Positions 39,468-53,300 of a stretch of 64,000 nt of DNA are shown here, in pieces. This stretch comes from Paragordius varius (lineage: Eukaryota; Animalia; Nematomorpha). Made by a program: the position numbers and the translations under genes. The stretch is taken from assembly GCA_964247055.1 (NCBI GenBank), contig OZ176055.1:2294001-2358000 (forward strand). The letters run 5' to 3'. Each line of letters begins with the position of its first letter. The first letter of the stretch is position 1. Below the pieces are notes generated by a model. The model made no database searches. It was not told where the DNA came from and saw only the letters and a program-made list of their open reading frames with translations.

Positions 39468-40898
39468 TATTTATGGTGTTCGTCTACATAAATTTTGAAT
39501 AAATGATAATCTTTACCTTAAATATTGTACCTTGGGATATTCTATTAAAAGGTAATATTATATAAATGTCGAACGGCATTTAACCCCTTAATGGTGATGA
39601 TAAATGGAATAAATTTAATTCTAAATAAATTATTATTGCTAAAAAAATAATATTTTAAATTAAAGGATGTAATATAATTATTAACATTATCCAATATTAA
39701 TAAAATATTATATTAAATTTTTCTTTTCAAATTTTTCCAGGCCCTTAAAAAATTTAGAGTACCGTGTGTTGGCCACTTGGTTTAGTGTCTATATTTTCCA
39801 TTTAATTAAAAGATATCAAAAATTGCGCAGTTTGGGAATCGAAGTTAGACACTACACACAGTCCGGGCCACTAACTATACCACCACTCCTTTTAATATCC
39901 ATTTTTGTGATTATATCGAAAATTTGTAAAATTACTGCACATTGTATCAATTTATTTGCCCAAAGCTAAGACAAACGAAAAAAAAATAATTATTTTGTCA
40001 ATAATTTAAAAAATCACTAAAATCGGAACCGCTCATTCATATGAAATTGAAACCGAAATAAAATTGTTTGGCAATTAAAAATTTAGTTTGGTCCTGATAC
40101 AATTTCAAATGTGAAGGCTATTCAAATTTAATAACGGATCAATTACTTTTTGTAATGCGCCGAACATAATGGCAATGGCGAGCTTTTTTAAATTAACCCC
40201 TGTACAAAGCTGCTTCCGCCGTAAACAACAAAAAAAATTTAGCAGCAATATTCAGCAAATTAATAATGGTTTAAGGTTTTTCTAAGTATAAAAATTTAAG
40301 CAGCGCTTTTAAACCGATGAGTAGGGCTTTAACTATGTGTATATTTTTGTCGCACTATGTTATAATAATTTTTTTCTGATGGAGTGCGAATTTTAGCCTC
40401 TGTATAAATAAATATTCAAATATATTAATATTATTATTGAAACTTTTCACTTGAACCCTGATACAATTTGATTGATTGGAAGAACATATAAAAATACATA
40501 AATAATCGGGGGTATCAAGATGCATAAAATCTACCATAATTACAATCAATTTTTTACATTGAATGATAAATAAAAAGTGTTTTACGCTCAATAAATTTTG
40601 ACAAATTTAAATGTCAAAAAGTGTGCTTTTTCAAAAAGAGCATTTTACAGCTTTTTTGCGTTTCAAAAAATATAGCATGAGACTATGAAAAAATTATTTT
40701 ACCGATGCTTTTTAATTTTAAAGATTGTATTATTATTGGATTCAAGCATTCAGCTTCCTCCAAAAAAATATTTAAATTTAGGCTGTTTTTTGATGTAGAG
40801 CAATTACCAATGTACAAATATCTGCTTATAACTAGTCAAAACAAAAGCCCCACAAAACACAATTTATTAATCATATTTTATGTAAACACTGTATAATA

Positions 40899-43745
40899 CA
40901 GTGATACTCAAACCGCGGCCCGCGGGCCGCATGCGGCCCTAAGAGTACTTATAAATTGTACTATGACCATATTGATAATAAATTACTTTTGTTATTGATG
41001 AATTTTTAAAATACACATAAACGATTTTCGCTTATTTTTAATTTATTTTCTTTAGATTTTTTGGTAATTATTTTTTACCGAATTCGAAATATAGAAAGAA
41101 AAATTTTCCTACATTAAAATACAAAATTTTGGCACACGATGTTTATGTTTCTGTATTCTATTTTCTTTTCTATTTTGAAATTTTTATTGCATTCCTTTTT
41201 TGTATTTAACACTTGGATACAACATATTCATTTTGGTCATTTGATTCAAATTGGGGTAGTTAAAAACCCCAGGCCTGTTTAAAATTAAATTATTTGAAAA
41301 ATATGAAAGGAAGCGAAACCATGGCAAAATTTTGCACATAAACATAAATAAACCGAAATATATAAAAAAATTTATTCAAAAATACGTGATATTACGCATT
41401 TTAAGCTAAAACCGAAAGGTAAAAATTTAGTCAACGTGACAAGTGTGCAATGGTAAAAATGAAAAATAATACAAAATAAACCGCTTTTTCTATTTCCATT
41501 AAAATCAGATGTAATTTAAATAAAAAATTAGCTTTAATTTTACCCTTAACATTAAATGAGATATTCTGCAAAAATTTTGTAACCTAAAAATGGCGTCCAA
41601 GTAGTTTGACATAGAACTTTTTTTTTTCAAAACAATATTTTGTTTAGGATATGGATATTTATATAATTATTATTAGGATAGAAGCATAAATTTAAATTTG
41701 GACTGTTTCCTTCAGTAGTTTTTTAAAAATCGTAACTCAAATTTAGTCTGGAGTATTTAGATACCCCAATTTGAATCGAAGTGGTAACCAAGCCTTTCTC
41801 GCTCAAACTTGCATATACATCTTTTCATAGCTATCCTGCATCATGTTTTATACATTCCCATAAAATATTTTTCAAATCATTATTATTAGATTTCGACCTG
41901 TTTTTTATAGCATAATTCAAATTATATTATTATATATTAAACATAAATTCAAAGGATGACATCTAATGCTAAAAATTATCCGAGGAAAATCGCTCTTTTG
42001 AAAAAGAATGGAAGAAAAATTCTTTGTCGTATAAAAATGTTGTTACCTGCCTTATATGTAAGGACAACACAATGATAAAAAAATACAATATTGAAAGACC
42101 TTTTACAATGCATCGTTCTCATAAATTACAAGAAAATCAAGAGGAAACAAACGAAAAATATAAAAAGATTAAGGAATCATGCCAGAAAGAAAAATCTATT
42201 ATGTCCATAGCCTTCCCCAGGAAAAAGCTGAACCATGAAACCGTATACTGATTCCCAACTAATAAAAGAATGTCTAATAAATGGTTGCACTTTTTTTGAT
42301 AAATTGCATAATAAGAATTAAATCATTAGGTAAATTAAAAAATTCAACTTTCTGATTCAACATGTGCTCCACGCATTGAAGATATGTCTAAATATATTTA
42401 TTGGCTCTAAAAAACTGCAAATATTTTAATATTGCTATTGATTCTAGCACTATTAGTTCAACACCTCAATGTGCACTCTTCGTAAGATTTTGCAACGACA
42501 ACATAATCACCGAGGAATATTTAAAATTACCAATGGAAAATACCACGAAAGGATTTGATTTCCTCGAAATAATAAACACTTAATGGTATATCTGTGAAAA
42601 ATCTGGTTTCGATCTGCACAGATGGCTGTCCCTCTATCATTGGAATATAACAAAGGATTTATTCCTCTATTGAAAAATAAGTATAATATTCAAAAAATTT
42701 TATCCTTTCATTGCTTTATTCACCATCAAAACTTGGCTTCGTGTGGAGAGGAATTACTCAATTGAGTAATTAAAACGGTTGTGAATATAACCACATCCGT
42801 GGCAGAGAATTCAACCGCCGTAAATAAAAACCTCTGAAAGAGATCCACAGTGAGTTTGAAAATATTCTTTTGTGCACCGCTGTGAGATGGCTAATCCTTA
42901 GCAAGGTATCAAATAGATCTTTTGTTTTACAACAAACATGAAATATGTTATTTATAAAAGATGATAAAAAGTTTGACGAGGAAATTAATAGTGACAAATT
43001 GTGCATTGTATTAGCCTACCTTTGCGACATCCCTTATAAACTAGTATTTTTAATACAAATCTTTAAGGGAGCAAAATAATAACCCAATTTGCTAATTAAA
43101 TATTTGCTTTTAAAGAAAAAATAATTATAATATATAAACAAGATTCACTTCCTATATTTTCCTACACTTATAAGAACGATTCATGAGGAAAATATATTTC
43201 GGTTTTGATCAGGCGCATATCATTGAAGAATTCGTAGATTTTAAAAATAATTCCAATTTGGAGGCTATATTCATGAATCGTAGAGAAGAAAGATATGTAG
43301 ATTTTTGACAAGATGTGCCAAATAAATATGAAAATATAAAAAAATGTGCTCAAGTTATCCTAACTGTTTTTCCCTGAACTTACACGTGTGATACGGCACA
43401 TTTAAAAATGAAGTATGCCAAGAATACATACAGAAGTCGCTTAACCGATGATCATGTGGATGACGTATTAAGATTGGCCTGTCATGAGGCGAAACCAAAT
43501 TTGTCAAAAATTATTGGTTAATATCAAAATAAATTTTGTATAAAAATATAATTTTTTAACTAAATGGTCCAAACGAGTTTTAGGATTTACATACGATCCA
43601 CAAAAAATTCGTTGTGCTGATTTAGAGTATAAAAATGTGCATATGTGTCAAATAGCTATGGAATATTTGCCATTAAAAGGTTCATGGCCCTAGAAAAAAA
43701 ATTTATTTTATTTGGCCCGTCAAATTTTTTTGGTGAGTACCACTG
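40899..43745 (+). mobile_element. Decayed hAT (Charlie/GTF2IRD2-like) transposon
   Basis: TIRs CAGTGATACTCA and TGAGTACCACTG. TSD GTATAATA (40891-40898) versus ATATAATA (43746-43753). ggcccgcgggccgca subterminal motif. Transposase fragments at about 41950-43520: TCLICK, IAIDSS, FIHHQNLAS, TAVRWL and TYTCD...KNTYRSRLTDDH. Confidence 0.85.
41210..41783 (+). mobile_element. piggyBac-type MITE nested in the hAT
   Basis: TTAA|CACTTGGATACAAC ... ATCGAAGTG|GTAA. Same family as 9023-9576. Confidence 0.75.
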
Positions 43746-45223
43746 ATATAATATGATACGTTTTCGAACAAAATTTTTAATATAGAATAATGAAGTTAAC
43801 CTGCGAAAAATTGGTTTCTAATGCAATATAAAAAAAAATAATAAATTCGGTGAACATGTATTTATCGGTTTAAAATTTATCCAATTAAAAGGATACGCCT
43901 GAAGGTGGAATCCTGTTTATAATTGAAGATAATATAGCCTTCATAGATCTAATTTATTTTGGTATGATTTTTTCATAAATTGTTACGGAAAAACAAGTCA
44001 TAACATAGCAAAACGCTTTTTGTATAAAAAATTCGATAGATCTACAATGGGTGTGTCTATCATACATTTTAATCTCAATATAAATATCGAGAAATTATTT
44101 TTATTGAAACTTAGCTGGTTGCGAACGCTACTATACATTTTAATATTCCGACGCTTAAATTTATAATTTTATGTTTTAATGAAAGCTTCGTAATCATAAT
44201 TGTGTTTAGATTAATTGCATGATTGACATTTTTGAATGAACTTGTTTAAAAAATTCTCTTGGCAAAGTGTTCCCTTACAATTGATTTATTTAAATCCTGA
44301 TACTATGGTTAAATTCTAATATGAAAGTCATAATATTTCCAATTATAACTGTGATCAAATTTTGATTATTGATCAAAATCACTGTTTGCTTCAATCGGAT
44401 TTTGGAGACTTAGTTGTGAAATCTTGAATTATAACCGTAAAATTGTGAACTTTTTTTTCAATTGGTAAGGCAATCGCCTATAATCTTAAGAAATATTTTC
44501 ATTGGATTAATTTAGGCAAATGTTTTCCGAAATTGCAGAAACAACAATATTTCAAAAAATTGACGTAACTATGATTGGCGAATATAAAAATATTTATATT
44601 GAAAAATAATAAGATTCTGTCGGAAAATCGCTACGAGGCCAACACCTTACAATATTATTATTTTAAAAACTATACGGACTTTTTTATAGCACAATTAACA
44701 TTTTTTGTATATGCCTTATTTTATAAAAAATGTTATATTTTATTGTGCGCGGAGCTTGCCCTGATTAATCATAATATTTTTTGGATTTAGGTTCATTTAA
44801 GCATAATGCAAAAATTAAGCTAAAATATCTATAATTAGTAGCATCACACTTTCTCTAATGTGTGGCAATTAAAAATATGATAAAAATATATTAAATTATC
44901 AAAATTTTTACCGAGTTTTTCAAAATTGAGTCAAGAATTTTAACTTTTTTTAATGAAACATTCGGTTTTTTTTGGTTATATATCAAAGCTTTTATAAAAA
45001 CTCTTTTTGACAACTATGTATTTTTCAATATATTTTGGTGCGAGATAAAAAAAATTATAAATGGGATTTTGTTTAATTAGCAGCTACACTGACCCTTATA
45101 ACTAGATACAATTAATAAGATAGAAATCAGGAAAATGTGTGCAACAATGGTGGTATTTGATGTTGGAAAGTTTGAAAATTGAATATCCATGATAATATGT
45201 GAAACAGTATATTTATTGAAAAA

Positions 45224-45854
45224 TTAAATTATGCCAATCTATTATATTAAGTATAAATATAAACCTTATTAGCTACATCCAATGCATCAAATTCAGGCTT
45301 TATACGAACATAAGCTTTCTTTTTCCCATCAGGGCTAATAATATATAAAATATTTCAATACCGAATCAATGTATTAATTCTTTCGGGGGTAATATTATAC
45401 AATTTTTTAATAGCATCTTTAATCTGATACTTATTTGCCTTTTTGTGAACTAGAAATACCAAAGTGTTATTATCTTCAATTTTTTTCATGGCCGATTCAG
45501 TGGTCAATGGATGGGTGATGATTGCAAATTGATCTAAACTTATTATAATTATAAAAAAATGGTACGAGTTCCGTTTGCTAACAGATTTTCTTGGATACTT
45601 AGGATTACGTTTAAGCTTCAATGTCTTTGGCCTTCTGAAAGTAACAGAGGTGCGGACCTTTTTGGATTTTTTATAAAATTTTCCTGCGATAACATTATTC
45701 TTAGCATTTTGTAAAGTTTTCTGTTTAACTGAAAATAATAAAAAATTTATATACCATCATCTTTTTTTCCTTTTTTTTGAACCAATGGTTTTTTCACTGC
45801 AACTTTTGCAGTTTTTTTAGGAGTGTCTGTTTTTCCCTTTTCTTTATTTGCCAT
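45224..45854 (-). CDS. RPL23A: 60S ribosomal protein L23a (uL23), 5 exons, 174 aa
   Basis: Exons 45854-45755, 45728-45566, 45538-45362, 45334-45265 and 45238-45224, 525 nt in total. The translation includes [14 protein letters not shown]...PKYPRKS...[18 protein letters not shown]...[15 protein letters not shown]...[12 protein letters not shown]. Confidence 0.95.
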
Positions 45855-46379
45855 GTGGTATGAAATTATATGATAGCTTGATTGCTAATTTACTTTTAAA
45901 AATTGCCTTATATTTTAAATGCTGATATTATTTGAAAAGCAAAAAATATTATATTTAATATAAATTAATAAGGTTAATATATTGAAATTTAATAGAATAA
46001 TATGATTAACGACCATATAATTATGAAAATTGGTACATTAATATAAATAATATCATTTAGATTTATTAATGAGTTTTGGAGTAATTGTATGATAAGAGTA
46101 CAACATTAATATATTTATTAAAAAATTTAAGGATAATTATTTTGGATTATTTGAAATATCTATGGCATGAGAATTATAAGGTGTTTATTAATATATATTA
46201 ATTTTGGTCACATATTAGGAAAAAAATTTATAAATTCCTTAATGCAATATAATTAATTCTTATTCGGTTATAAATGATAATAATTACATTTTTGATAGTA
46301 TAATTTATAAATTATAAATAATTAAAGCCATTATATTACGACATTACTGACTATCTTACAATTTAATATATAAAAATAA

Positions 46380-47265
46380 TTATTTGCCTTGGTATAATTT
46401 GATAATATTTTCATTTTCATCAATATTGTGGTTATAGATATTTGTTATTTCTTTCCCGAGATTATTCAAAGGCATTTGCAATGAATCATTTTTTCCCGCA
46501 TAGTAGAAGAACCAAAAGGGATTTTGAGCCAAAAACTTTGAAACGGCGTTTAAATTACTTTTTTCGTTTAACAATTCAAGTCCAACTGCAGTTTGGCGTT
46601 TCCATTTTGTCCTTTAAAATTGGTAACTTATATGAATAAATTGGTTTTATAGTAAACTGATCATTCCTCAATAGATTTATGGCTTAAAAATTGGAATAGA
46701 AACGGTTTAAAAACTATGAGAAACATTTTTTACATACTTATTGTTCTTATGGAAGATAATATATATTACTTTTTACCTTTTGGGATGTCTGCCCCATGTC
46801 ATTTAAATTAAATATCTGAAAAAATTAGGATATTGTCCTAAAAAGAATTAGCCTTAGAAAGATTTAAAAAATATTTAATAAATACAAAATTCTAAAAAAA
46901 TACTCATCTTCACACCGCAATATTTCCTTTAGATTTTATTTAATTCGGTATGTAATAAAAGGCATGATTACTGATAAAATTAATGAAACTTTTAAATTAC
47001 GACAAATAATATTTAATAATTTAAACACGGCTGTTTTTCATTTGGTAGTGAAGGAATCCCAATTTTTGGCTATGGAAAATATCACGATAAAAGATATAAA
47101 CTATAATTGATAAATATAACATTCTCCTAATGACTTTGATTTTGGGCCTTATATATGAAAAATTTACTACCACTTTTGTGTGCTTCATATCAGAAAAAGG
47201 GAGCGGACATTCTACCAAATAATTTTTAATGAAAAAAAAAATGTTTCTTCCCAAAAATACTATAA

Positions 47266-47338
<73 letters not shown>

Positions 47339-50300
47339 AAAACAGTTTATTATACAAATTTAAACAGTAGATGTGATTCCAAAACTGTAAAACCTTAAGA
47401 CCCCTCTTAAATAGGCAAGTTTGCATAAAATAGTGCAAAAATGCCGAAATGGGGAGATAAGTTTTGAAATATATGCTGCGACATCATAAATAGAATTTTC
47501 TAAATAGACATATTTTGCGTGAAATTTTAAATTATAATGATATTTAGGTTTCGAATCATGTTGGAAACGATATAAAAATACTATGAAATCCTATGTTTGT
47601 ATAATAACGCTACTATATAATAAATCAATGATGTTTAACATTTATCCAACCTCAATTTTTGTAAAATGAGTTTGTCTTCAATATGTTTCTAATCCAGATG
47701 CCCGAATTTTTTAATCTTAGTTTTGAGGTAATAGAAATTTTGCATCATAGTATACCTAGGAAAAATGTTATTTGATCTTATAGTGGTTCCTTTTCACCAT
47801 GCTTAAAAATAACATACTCGCTTCAGCAAAATTTGGCTACAAATTCAATTTTAAGCAAAATATCCATTTTCTCGGAAAGGCATTTTTTTGTTAATGTAAC
47901 ATATAATTCAAAATTTTATAGCTTATCCCCATTTTTGCATTTATTTTTAAAAAATTTGCCCATTTAAAAAGGGTCCAAAATTTCAACTTTTCGGAGCCCA
48001 CATCTTAAATTAAAATTTTATGAAATTATTTTTTGTTTTTTATATGTTGTTTATTATGTGCTATAGTGATATTTTTTGGAATAAAGCATTAAGCTTTCAC
48101 CAAAAAAATTTAATTTAGCAAAATATCCCCAAGTTTTTACCTTTTGTACTAGAGCAATTACCATCAACCCATAAGGACTAAAACCAAAAGTTAACCCAAT
48201 TTAAAATCATGAATGCATGATGCTTTTCTATCCTCTCATTCAGTGGTATTTTTCTCTTAAAATGCATATATTCTCAAGAAAGAGATTTAATTTTTTTTAG
48301 TTTAATTTACCGAAAGCGTGCGGTCAGATTATTCTATTCGTCATTGAAGGAGAACAAACAAATTTTTTTTATTTTTACGGTTTTGCCATACTGCTCTTCT
48401 TTTAAACTTTCAATTTAATATACCTTCGGTTTTGATACCATGTTTTGACTTGAGTATCTGACAAATCCAGCTTGTTAGCCAACTCCAATCTATCCGGTAC
48501 ACTCAAATACTTTTGCCGTTCAAACGAATCCTCTAACTCTTGTAATTGGTGTTCATTGAAAGCTGTACGAGACTTTCGGGGTTTTTTTACCATAACATTA
48601 CGAGTATTGCAAAATTCATAAAAGGAAGAACTATGGCTACTATCCGACCTTGTTCGTTTACTTGATATTTGAGCGTTTTTATGCTTTGGTTGAGGGCTGT
48701 TGTCCTCCAACGAACTAAATGACTGTTTTTCCATTGATGTATTGTCAACAGAATCTTTCAAATGATTACTATTTTTAGTGTTTCCATTATCGGCACCATA
48801 TTTGTCCTTCGATTGTTTTGAATCAACGCTGTTGTACGCATTGTTGTACAGTTCTAAGTTTGTTATATAAAACAAAAGGCTATAATTGATAATCATTTTG
48901 ATCTCAATTAATGCAATTAATTCTTAATTTAATTAATGAAAGATTTAACTAATAATTTGTTAAGAATAACAATTAATTTCATTAAAAACAATGGAAAGAA
49001 TGAAACCCTAATTTTTATTGAGATATATAGGATATAAATGTGAGAAAATATATCATTAGCGTTCTTTCATACTTCCAAAGGGCATTAAAATATTTTTCAT
49101 ATAGTATAAAACTTATTCATAAATGATTCTCTGAGGGTAAGGAAAGTTTTTGGTCTCGCAAATGATCAGCTACTCCACTATATTAACTTTTTAATTTTTT
49201 TAATCAAAACTTTCATCGTTTCATATGGAATATTAAATTAAGGGAAAATTCAATAAGATACATGCTTTAGGTTTATCTTTTTTGTCATTTTTGATATATA
49301 TTGCTTTTAGTTAGTGCAAAAAAGCCGACATTATTGTTATATACTTAAAAATGAAAAAATATATTTTTAAGCATCTCAGCATAATTATGATGATATTAAA
49401 TAGGATATAAATTAATTAAACCGCTAATTATATAAACATCCACACATACTGAAAAATAATAATTTACTCATTATAGGATACGAATTTGGCTATGATAATC
49501 CCTAAGGAAGATATGTCATTCTTATATCTGTATACAAAATAGGCTTAAACTTATTCGGTATTCCTAATTTTTTTTATCAAAAAAAACTTTTTTAGAAAAA
49601 AATGTTAATTATTATTATCAAGCACATAATCTAACATATTTGCGGTATAGGATCTACCGCAAAATTTTTAAGGTTTAGGTTTGTGTACAAAAACTGTCAC
49701 TTCAAAGACACTATGGAAAATCCGTTGGTCAAAGTATCTCCAACTATTTTTTTATAAAATTATATTGTAATTGGTGGGAAATAATTGGATAAATTGAGAA
49801 CGAATATTAATTTAAAATAGTTTTTAGGGGCCACAAATAAATAAGGATAATGGCGCTTTTAAAGTAAGGTTAGTAAATATTATGTTTTTGGTATATGTAT
49901 GAATCAACCAATATAGTTCTATTATTTGTATAATAGGAAGATATGTTTTTTAAATTTGTTAGTCATATATACCCTTATTGATCGAACATTTACCGGCAAA
50001 AAAACAATGAAAAATTTATATTTATAGTAACCAATTTTACTAACGCCTCACATAAAAATCTTAGATGCCTCAGAATATTAGAAATTAATTAAATTTTTAA
50101 TTCATCACCTATTTTGTACATGTCAAAACCTCTAATATCTAAAATACATACCAGGTAATGTCATAAGATATTACCGGTTTAACTACGAGAAGACGAAAAT
50201 TACACAACGATTAATTTGATGCAGAACATATTTTGTTCATCTACCATTAAACGACAATCATAGTTCCCCAAAAACTAGCGTACTTTTTTCAATAAGCACA

Positions 50301-53300
50301 AATTTTGTGCCTAACATTTTCCGCACTTATTCTCATCATAAAAAACTGAAGGTTATTGTTTCTGACCTATGGTGAACAGCTCTACCTCATGGTTTTCGGG
50401 CCAAAAAATTCGGATTCGCAAAATATGTGGATATTAACAAATATTTTATTAAATTTTAAATAGACAAACTACTATTTATTTTAACATTTTTTGGTAGTTT
50501 TTTGCTTAAAATTTGAAAACATTAGAGTCTGTTTAAAAAATCAATTTTACTTAGATTCCGTAAAATTTTGTTATTGAAATTTCTTGTGGACCCCAGAAAT
50601 ATTGGAGGGTCGCGTGTTGAACACCCATACTCTCTTTAACTGATATGAAACATGGGTTTGACGTATTAAATTAAGATTTTATGTGAATGAGTGTGACTCT
50701 GGTAAACCATACAACTGAGAATAAGCTAAAGTGCAAGAGTTATTGGGTGATGACCCAATTCCAAATTAAAAACAATGGACAGAAGCATAACATGTAGCAC
50801 AAAAAACAATCAGTAAACGTCTACGTGCAATGTAAAAGACCAATAAATTCGGTAAAAGGGGTTCCAATCTTTGAATGAACGGCAAATCTAAAATCACAAA
50901 GTAATTGTGAAATTTTGCTTCAACATCATGAGAGGGAATCTTATTTAAATATAATTGTGTGACGAGTAATAACAGGATTTCGTTTGCATATCAAAAGCGG
51001 AATAATATTTTCCATATTGCCAAGGTGATCTGTCAACACAAAGGCCGAATCGCTTCAGCAAGAAGACGTAGATCAGAGCAGTATTGTGTATTATAAACTT
51101 TTAAGGCCCAATGAAACCGTTAATACACAACGCTATAACCAACACAATATATTAAATAAAAGCATATATAACGAATAATGACCGAACGAGCCCAGAAGAC
51201 ACGCCAAACTGATTCGCTGACTAGGTTCCATCTCGTACAGCAAACCAATGAAAGACACTTTGAAATCGCTTATATGGGCTTTGGCATCCGCTGAAATTTC
51301 CTGACTTGACGCCAGTTGACTGATAATCCTAGAGTAGCACATAAATATTTTCGAAGCATTGGATTGACGAATCAATTTTTCTGGCATGACATTCATATAT
51401 TACCAGAAAGATGGGCAAAATGTGTAGAAGCCAATGTACATTTTGTATAAGATGAATATATTATTTTCTTTCAAAATAACTAATTTAAATACCCAAAAAC
51501 CGGTAAAAAATTATGACTACCCCTATATGGTTTAATGAGATTCGTGTCTTTTCTCAACGAGGTTTTATTTCTATAATTAATTTAATTTTTCCCAAAACTA
51601 AAATTTTAGTTTAATATTTTTTTAATTAATTGGTTAAAGGAGGAATATTTTTTAATATGGTGTCAAGTTGATTTGTTTCTGGCAGTCCGGTTTATAATGT
51701 GTTTATGAAAATAAATGATTTTAGTAAAAAAATTATCTATAAATCGGTTTTGATGTTTTCGGTCTTCTGATATCGGTTCGAGTTTTTTTATTTACAAAAT
51801 TTATTTTTTATGCTACTTTTCTCTTAACAATTAATAAATATTGGGAATCGATTACAATAAGTAAAACTTTGTCAAACGTAAAAATAATTAAAATATTAAC
51901 TAAAAATTATGCATGAAAAAAATTAAACAATAACACAAAAAATGATTAACCATTTTTTATAAATTTAAAAAAATGTATTTTTTGTACCGTTTTGCTCATA
52001 AAAACCATTCCAAGACAGTTTTAAAATGATAATTGATAATTAGAAAAATATTGCTGTACCGGTTTTATTTACCGTTTTGATATCAGGCCCCTTTTACACC
52101 TAACCAATCGACCAAATTTATAATTATTTTAATTTTATGCTTATTTTAGATAACGCGCTCAGAATTTGGCAAATTAGATAATTAGGTAATTCATTTTGAG
52201 AATTGTACCGAAAAATATATGTTTTGGAACCATTCCATAATGGCATTCACTTATATTTTTCGACCAATCACACAATAAAGCTACCATTCCCTTCATTTAA
52301 ATCGCTTTTCATCCGATTAAATAAATTTTTAAATGGGGTAAAATTATTAATATGTTCACAACTCTATAACCTATAAAAAGCAAAATGCTTAAAAGCATCA
52401 AATGCTTAATAATATAATAGGAAGACGATTTTATATTTAATAGAAACATTATTAACATAGGTGCATTGAGCGTTTTCGGCACCATATAAACTTTACAACC
52501 AATTATAATAAGTTCTTGCATCTAGAAAGTTTTGGAGAGAATCCATTTTTAACCTCATTGGACTAAAGGGGTTATATTAATGAACTTCAAAAAATCAAAA
52601 GTGTTTTTATATTTGCAACTTTAGGGCAACACGGATTAGTCAGGAAGAAGCTTATTTTGTGGATAAATGATTTTTAACTGTTTTAAAAATTATTTATTTT
52701 TCGCAAGATAGTTTAAAATGAAGGATAATCCGAAATAATTTAAGACCCATATATCAATTTTACTTATCACCTGCAACCATATCATATAGTATATATTACT
52801 GATTTTACCCGATGTTAAATAATACACCTGGCCGACTCTTATTGCCAATTCCAATAAAGAATTATCAGCCAATTTGAATGATTTATGGGTGAAAATTTAT
52901 TGTGCCTTATCTTGTTTCGGCGTAAGACTTAAAATACCTATAAACTCATTTACTTGATAGAGTTATTTTAAATTTGAAAAGATGTCAAATTAAAAGCGAA
53001 TTTTAAATTCATCGCAAAAAATTGATGGGCTAGCTATTTTCATAACTATGCACGACTAAGAGTGCAATCCATATGACTGATCTTTTAATCTGTAGTTGGT
53101 AAAACAAATTAAATCCTTTATAATAATTGCGAAACAATATGTCAACCCGATGAATAATCTATGAATGATAATTTATTCCAATATAAAAAGTTTTGCCAAT
53201 TAAATATAATTTTTTTATTTTTAGCAAAGGTTAGGAGTCAAAAAAATTATTCCTTCACAGCCCATGAGAAATCATATCATTAAAATTATAAAATTCATAG

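Noticed and set aside
35488-45754. Ciliate or other protist contamination as the explanation for the tiny introns
   Set aside because: The genes use TAA/TGA as stops, and they are contiguous with an animal-type BarH homeobox gene and the same MITE families found across the window. A chimeric assembly is not formally excluded without reads.
47226-47438. ORF with a YIYIYI repeat
   Set aside because: Translation of the (TA)n microsatellite.
51133-51396. 87-aa minus-strand ORF inside BarH intron 1 as a possible extra exon
   Set aside because: It is the antisense of the mariner relic.
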